A stretch of 64,000 bases of DNA, from NCBI GenBank assembly GCA_028717245.1, contig JAQUOD010000001.1, positions 309,324 through 373,323 of the forward strand, given 5' to 3'. Under the pieces are notes generated by a model. The model searched no databases, was not told where the DNA came from, and saw only the letters and a list, made by a program, of their open reading frames with translations. Positions 59,331 to 64,000 of this stretch are shown here, in pieces (the stretch's first letter is position 1; each line of letters begins with the position of its first letter). The DNA comes from Candidatus Omnitrophota bacterium. Its GTDB lineage: Bacteria; Omnitrophota; Gorgyraeia; Gygaellales; Profunditerraquicolaceae. The position numbers were made by a program, and so were the translations under genes.

Positions 59331-61541
59331 CTAGTTGGTGCTGGGATTATCGAATTCCGAGAGTTTCTCCTTTATTTCCTGGTATTCAGGCGTACCCATC
59401 TGCCCATAAATCTCCTGGGCCTGCCGGAGATAGTCTTTGGCTTTATTCCTCCGGCCCCTTTTTTCGTATAAAACCCCCAGGCTGTAAAAAGCAGAAGCAA
59501 GTTCCGGGCGCGCGTTTATTTCTTTGCCGGCTAAAACCGATTGCTTAAGAAACCTTTCGGCATCAGCAAAATTATCCATCTCCATATATAATTCGCCGAT
59601 CATGCCATAATCACCGGCGATATTGGGTTTATTCTGCTGCCTCTGATCAATTGCTAACCCTTTAAAGTAATAAGCTATGGCCTTTTGGTATTGTTTCTCA
59701 AAGGCATATATCTCACCCAGGTTAAAATAATAATCGCTCAGCTCTCCTTTTAATTTTAATTTTTCGAATAGCTTCAGGCCCTTATGATAAAAATCCCTGG
59801 CTGCGGCAAAATCATCCTTATTAGTAAAAACCAGCCCTATATCGAAATAATCGCAGGCTAAATTATACCTATGCTCATACAGATATTTCCTCTCCCGGTT
59901 GATTTCCGAACTCTTCATTAATAATTCCAGGGCCTTATCATTATCCTCCTTATCGATGTACCAGACCGCCAGTTTCCTAAGGGCGATTGCTTCATTCAGC
60001 TTGTCCCCGCCTTCGCTGCTTAGGCGGATAGCTTTATTATAGAAATCAAACGCCTTAGAATATTCTCCCTGCAGGTGATAAATCCAGCCGATCCCGATAT
60101 AAGCACAAGAGAGATGTTTTTTATTATTCTTCTTTTCACTATAAAGGGCATAATCAAAATAATATTTAAGCGCCTTCTCCCTATCGCCTTGCCTCTGATA
60201 AGTATCTGCTAAAAGAGGATAAGCCTGCAGAAAAAGTGGCTCCTTTTCAATGATTTGTCCGCAGAGTAAAATAACTTTCTGGTTATCGCCTTTAAGATAC
60301 AATTTATGCGATTTAGCAAAAGAAAGGTAAGTATTGGGATTTATGGTCGGCAGCCAGGCATATAAAGGTATGCAAAGAGATACTATAAGGGCTACTGAGG
60401 CAATCGCTAAAGCCGGTTTTTTATATAAAGAGGCCTTTCTTTTAAACTTTAGCGCCTGCGGTTTATGCTTAGGTTTAAATAATATAAAGCTGGGATTTCC
60501 GTAGAGAAGATAACTCATCCAGGATACGCCGGCAATGCCATATTCTTTGATTAATTTTAGGCGCCCCAGGCGCACGCATTCTCCTACGCAGGAGCCCCTA
60601 ATTAACTGGGTATAGAATTCCTTGGCAAATATCAGGCTTACGGGGTCTTCGATCTTGCGCGTGGTGCCGATATAATGCCGCACGCCGGAAAATAAAAATG
60701 CCGAGGCCAAGCTGTAATTTTTCTCTTGATAATCTGCATCCGTTAAACCGGATGCGGCCCTTGCAGAATGGCAGGCATTGGAAAAAATCAGACTCGGCAA
60801 AGGCGAACTCTGCGCCAGCTTAAGGATATCCGAAGGCGTAAACTTCCCGTCGTTTAACAACCATCCCATATTTTTCTGGTTATCCGTATCATATTCGCAG
60901 TGTCCGGCAAAATGCACGATATCATAATCGCGCAGATTTTTCTTTACATAGAGCGTATCGATAGAGGTAGATTTAAAATTGATGCTAATCTCGTTTCTTC
61001 TGCGGTCAAACTGATTTTTGATATACACGCCCTCTAGATACGCGGACCTTAGGTCATTGGTAGGGTTAGCCAGTATCAACATCCTGGGAGTACCCATGTG
61101 GCTTCGGTATTGCGGCAGGCGTATTTCATCCTTGGTCCGGATTAACCTGCCTAAATTAAATTTGAGGCACAGGAAATTTTCTGCGTCGTATAAGAGTTCC
61201 CAGGGAATATGGACTAATTTTTCATCTATGGAAAGGATTAAATCCTTAATGATCGTGGACTTTAATCTGTCTTTAACTATCCTCGTAAGCAACTGGTCCC
61301 AGAGTAGCTGGCCTATTTTCCTAAGGTTTTGCAGGGCATCGGACTCTAAAATACCTCCTGGGGTAGCTTTATTCAATATAGCTATCATTTCCTGGCATAA
61401 TTTATCTATTTCGGGAAAGGATACGGCTAGCTGGCTATAATGCCTTAAGGTCGAGGCAAGCTCTTTTTGTTCAAAAATGCTCATCGCCAGCGTCTCTTCT
61501 TGCCGCGATATCTCTAAAACCAGGGCATTCGATTCTTCCAT
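59331..61541 (-). CDS. CHAT-domain (caspase-like protease) protein with one TM helix and C-terminal TPR repeats
   Basis: IVHFAGHCEY (His) and LIFSNACHSA (Cys) CHAT dyad. TM helix KPALAIASVALIVSLCIPLYAWL near residue 375. About 330 aa of TPR-like repeats follow. Confidence 0.8.
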   Translation of the reverse strand: MEESNALVLEISRQEETLAMSIFEQKELASTLRHYSQLAVSFPEIDKLCQEMIAILNKATPGGILESDALQNLRKIGQLLWDQLLTRIVKDRLKSTIIKDLILSIDEKLVHIPWELLYDAENFLCLKFNLGRLIRTKDEIRLPQYRSHMGTPRMLILANPTNDLRSAYLEGVYIKNQFDRRRNEISINFKSTSIDTLYVKKNLRDYDIVHFAGHCEYDTDNQKNMGWLLNDGKFTPSDILKLAQSSPLPSLIFSNACHSARAASGLTDADYQEKNYSLASAFLFSGVRHYIGTTRKIEDPVSLIFAKEFYTQLIRGSCVGECVRLGRLKLIKEYGIAGVSWMSYLLYGNPSFILFKPKHKPQALKFKRKASLYKKPALAIASVALIVSLCIPLYAWLPTINPNTYLSFAKSHKLYLKGDNQKVILLCGQIIEKEPLFLQAYPLLADTYQRQGDREKALKYYFDYALYSEKKNNKKHLSCAYIGIGWIYHLQGEYSKAFDFYNKAIRLSSEGGDKLNEAIALRKLAVWYIDKEDNDKALELLMKSSEINRERKYLYEHRYNLACDYFDIGLVFTNKDDFAAARDFYHKGLKLFEKLKLKGELSDYYFNLGEIYAFEKQYQKAIAYYFKGLAIDQRQQNKPNIAGDYGMIGELYMEMDNFADAERFLKQSVLAGKEINARPELASAFYSLGVLYEKRGRRNKAKDYLRQAQEIYGQMGTPEYQEIKEKLSEFDNPSTN

Positions 61542-61547
61542 CTGTTA

Positions 61548-62252
61548 TTATTTTTTTATATCCAATAATACGGAGGCGATTTTGCTTTCGGGATTAGATA
61601 TCTCAATGGTATATTTGCCCGCTAATACATGCTCGAAAATCACCTTTTCGGAATCGCTAAGGTAGGACTCTAGTTCCAGATCTTCTTTGAAGAGGGTAAC
61701 CCTTAAATCTTTTATGACGCGATGGGTTTGCTTATCTTTTACAAAAACGCTCAAATCAAAAACCTCACCCACCTTCCTTTCTAATTTTAACTCTACCCTA
61801 ATATTCTTAAAATCCTTTAATATGGTCACTTCGTCTTTAAAATCTTTTATCTGACGGCTGCGCAATACGGGCGCAGGCACAAATTCCTGGCCCACCAGTA
61901 TATCTCCGGTAGTATGGATTATCTCTAACGCCTTTTCTTTAAAGGCAATACAAATCTCTAAAATAGGGGCCTTACCTTGCCCGATAACTAAATTTTTCAT
62001 ACGTTCCAACAATTCTTTAGGCACGTTTTTACCCTGCTCGGGCCCTAGCCTCAGCTGAATAGCAAAGGCCTCGGCACAGATATCGCAACTGAGCAAATGT
62101 TCTTCTAAATCCCGGCTTTCTTGCTGGCCTAGCCTTCCTTCCAGAAAACAGGCCCAAGCCTCCTCATCAGGATGCGTGTCATGAACCCTGACGTGACCGG
62201 ATCTCCATCTCTTATAAACTGCCTTAATTAATCTCTCTAATCGATCTGCCAT
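61548..62252 (-). CDS. anti-sigma factor, ZAS (zf-HC2) type, cytoplasmic
   Basis: HLLSCDICAE H-x3-C-x2-C zinc motif. No TM segment. Immediately downstream of the ECF sigma gene. Confidence 0.65.
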   Translation of the reverse strand: MADRLERLIKAVYKRWRSGHVRVHDTHPDEEAWACFLEGRLGQQESRDLEEHLLSCDICAEAFAIQLRLGPEQGKNVPKELLERMKNLVIGQGKAPILEICIAFKEKALEIIHTTGDILVGQEFVPAPVLRSRQIKDFKDEVTILKDFKNIRVELKLERKVGEVFDLSVFVKDKQTHRVIKDLRVTLFKEDLELESYLSDSEKVIFEHVLAGKYTIEISNPESKIASVLLDIKK

Positions 62253-62275
62253 TTTTAAACCCTCTCCTGCTATAA

Positions 62276-62302
62276 TAGACGCAAATACTTCAGCAATCTA
62301 AC
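62276..62302 (-). promoter_or_regulatory. conserved promoter-like motif GTTAGATT-N11-TGCGTCTATTA upstream of the anti-sigma gene (overlaps sigma stop codon)
   Basis: Same motif and spacing as at 59283-59309; followed by an SD and ATG. Confidence 0.55.
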
Positions 62303-62895
62303 ATAAAACCTTTGTCTCTAAAACACTCTCTTAACCGTTCTAAAATCCGCGACTTACGCATATCTATGGCCCCGCGAGAGACTTTAAAATAGGCCCTTAG
62401 TTCTTCGAGGTTTAACCCCCTATGGATATGTAGCTCCAAGAAATATTTATCATTATTCTCCAGTTTATCAATGCAGTCTTTAAGGTGCACCAGCCTCTCC
62501 TGTTGATTGTAGGTATCAGCTGCAGACGGAGAATTAGAAGAAAGTATCTCTGTAAGGCTAAAGCCCTTATCGTCTTCCTCATCAATAGAGATAACTGACT
62601 TAAGCCGGCGCGTGTAACTAATGGTAAAATTAACCGTAACTTGTCTTAACCAGCTGGCGAGGCTTGCGCCATTTCTGGCTTTAAAACTGCTTAATTTTCT
62701 AAAATTATCTTTGACTAAGGAGAGGATTATTTCCTGAAAGATATCGTTAAGGTTTTCCTGCGTAAAGCTAGAACCCTGGATTTTTAAAACGCTGTGTATA
62801 TAGTTATATATCAGGCGGGAATACTTATCTATGAATTCATCCCAGGCGCGTTTGTCCCCTTTGGCACACTTTTGGACAAACTCTAGATCATCCAT
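62290..62895 (-). CDS. RNA polymerase ECF-type sigma-70 family factor
   Basis: Region 2 (FIDKYSRLIYNYIHSVL) and region 4 HTH (LELHIHRGLNLEELRAYFKVSRGAIDMRKSRILERLR). Confidence 0.85.
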   Translation of the reverse strand: MDDLEFVQKCAKGDKRAWDEFIDKYSRLIYNYIHSVLKIQGSSFTQENLNDIFQEIILSLVKDNFRKLSSFKARNGASLASWLRQVTVNFTISYTRRLKSVISIDEEDDKGFSLTEILSSNSPSAADTYNQQERLVHLKDCIDKLENNDKYFLELHIHRGLNLEELRAYFKVSRGAIDMRKSRILERLRECFRDKGFMLDC

Positions 62896-62904
62896 AGTGG
62901 TAAA

Positions 62905-62934
62905 ATTATACCACTAAATATTCCCCTTTATCAA
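62905..62934 (-). promoter_or_regulatory. sigma70-type promoter TTGATA-18-TATAAT for the ECF sigma gene; -10 sits in a GTGGTA/TACCAC mini-palindrome 9 nt before the ATG (leaderless-like)
   Basis: Minus-strand -35 at 62929-62934 and -10 at 62905-62910. No SD before the ATG at 62895. Confidence 0.45.
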
Positions 62935-62982
62935 TCTTTTTTAGTAATTAGAACTTGGGGGGGGACAGGTACAATCTTAAGT

Positions 62983-63020
62983 TTGCACCAGGTGCCCGAT
63001 TAGTTTCGCACCTGGTGCAA
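62983..63020. promoter_or_regulatory. perfect 13-bp inverted repeat TTGCACCAGGTGC-N12-GCACCTGGTGCAA between hppA stop and the sigma promoter; G8 homopolymer at 62957-62964
   Basis: Read directly from the sequence. No U-tract follows on the coding strand, so operator or hppA 3' hairpin are both possible. Confidence 0.6.
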
Positions 63021-63024
63021 AAAT

Positions 63025-63966
63025 TTATTTGAAGAGGGTATGGGAGATAATAAAGGAAGCAAAAACAATAGAGACCATAGACATAAGTTTAATCAGGATA
63101 TTCAGGCTGGGGCCGGAAGTATCCTTAAAAGGGTCGCCAACGGTATCGCCGACAACCCCTGCCTTATGCGCCAGAGAGCCTTTTCCGCCGTGATGGCCTT
63201 CTTCTATATATTTCTTGGCATTATCCCAGGCGCCTCCGGAATTAGCCATCATTATTGCCAGGACAAAACCGGATACGGTCGCGCCGGTCAAAAGCCCTAC
63301 TTCTGCTTCAATGCCCACAAAAAGCCCCACGGCAATAGGAACAATTATGGCCATAAGCGAGGGTATGATCATCTCTTTCTGCGCGGCTGCAGTAGCTATA
63401 TCCACGCAACGCGCATAATCCGGCTTAGCTTTACCTTCCATCAGGCCGGTTATCTCCTTGAATTGCCTGCGCACCTCTACTACGATTTTACCCGCTGCCC
63501 TGCCTACCGCGCGCATAGTCATAGAACAGAATAAAAACGGCAGCATCCCTCCAAGAAATAAGCCTACCAGGATATTGGGGTTCATCATGCTCAAGTTCAT
63601 CTCTTTACCGTATAGGGCTATCTGGTCGCGATAAGCGGCAATTAAAGCTAAGGCGGTTAAGGCGGCTGAGCCAATGGCAAATCCTTTTCCTGTCGCAGCG
63701 GTAGTATTACCTAAGGCATCCAAAGCATCCGTCCTTTTTCTTACTTGCGGGTCCAGATTAGCCATCTGGGCGTTACCGCCGGCATTATCCGCTACCGGCC
63801 CATAGGCATCAGTAGCCAGGGTTATACCTAACGTAGAAAGCATACCCACCGCAGAGATAGCCACGCCGTAGAGCCCGGAATTAAAATTTGCCGCGCCTCC
63901 GGATAAGAAATAGCTGGTCAATATAGCAATCCCTACCACGATAACCGGTATAGCAGTTGACATCAT
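63025..63966 (-). CDS. hppA: membrane-bound proton-translocating pyrophosphatase, C-terminal part (gene continues past window end)
   Basis: [23 protein letters not shown] and DNAGG motifs of H+-PPase. Confidence 0.9.
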   Translation of the reverse strand: MMSTAIPVIVVGIAILTSYFLSGGAANFNSGLYGVAISAVGMLSTLGITLATDAYGPVADNAGGNAQMANLDPQVRKRTDALDALGNTTAATGKGFAIGSAALTALALIAAYRDQIALYGKEMNLSMMNPNILVGLFLGGMLPFLFCSMTMRAVGRAAGKIVVEVRRQFKEITGLMEGKAKPDYARCVDIATAAAQKEMIIPSLMAIIVPIAVGLFVGIEAEVGLLTGATVSGFVLAIMMANSGGAWDNAKKYIEEGHHGGKGSLAHKAGVVGDTVGDPFKDTSGPSLNILIKLMSMVSIVFASFIISHTLFK

Positions 63967-64000
63967 GCCTACGGAGATACCGCCGATAATTACGGTTGCC

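Noticed and set aside
62983-63020. Calling the 13-bp inverted repeat a rho-independent terminator for hppA
   Set aside because: No U-rich tract follows the hairpin on the hppA coding strand (it is followed by ACTTAAGATTG). It is listed as a regulatory palindrome of uncertain role.

Overview
This is a 64 kb, moderate-GC bacterial chromosomal window in which every credible gene is on the minus strand. About 65 tightly packed, often overlapping CDS are present, with no rRNA, tRNA or CRISPR. The content points to an uncultivated diderm lineage (LptD, type IV pilin, H+-PPase, GTP-PEPCK).

Gene content (coordinates descend along the minus strand):
- The low-coordinate end carries a polysaccharide cluster: a partial B12-radical-SAM gene, two GT2 glycosyltransferases and a Wzx-like flippase.
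- Next is a long housekeeping run: tyrS, rpsA, ispH, plsC-like, phosphohexomutase, rpe, nadD, proA, proB, obg, rplU and RNase E/G.
- A pilin gene and a nucleotide-sugar cluster follow (UXS, epimerase, two UDP-sugar dehydrogenases) next to lptD.
- Central metabolism and signalling genes come after: transaldolase, ROK kinase, two tandem GGDEF cyclases, an ABC ATPase and accD.
- A classical heat-shock unit is present: an HspR-like MerR gene, two CIRCE operators, hrcA, grpE, dnaK, dnaJ.
- Then hflX, miaA, miaB, purC, pckG, trxB, lipA, def, panD, ackA, a split pta, trxA, and a partial H+-pyrophosphatase at the high-coordinate end.

Most interesting candidates:
1. A four-gene module (62895 down to 57684): ECF sigma factor, zinc-finger anti-sigma, a membrane-anchored CHAT-protease/TPR protein, and a secreted BNR-repeat protein. 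Two of these genes share a conserved putative sigma-dependent promoter motif.
2. A three-copy, about 310-400 nt, modular intergenic element with conserved core, compensatory stem changes, and (in one copy) perfect 14-bp terminal inverted repeats. It is either an undescribed structured ncRNA or a MITE family.
3. A recurring architecture of 4 direct plus 4 inverted short-motif arrays (TTGAGTT, GTRTCAA, CCAATT) between genes. One CCAATT copy supplies the stop codon of lipA.
4. A strand-fixed GTAAG-type hepta/octanucleotide tandem-repeat family at gene boundaries, including inside the lptD signal-peptide coding region.
5. A two-gene nucleotidyltransferase module with a consensus promoter embedded in three copies of an 11-mer operator.
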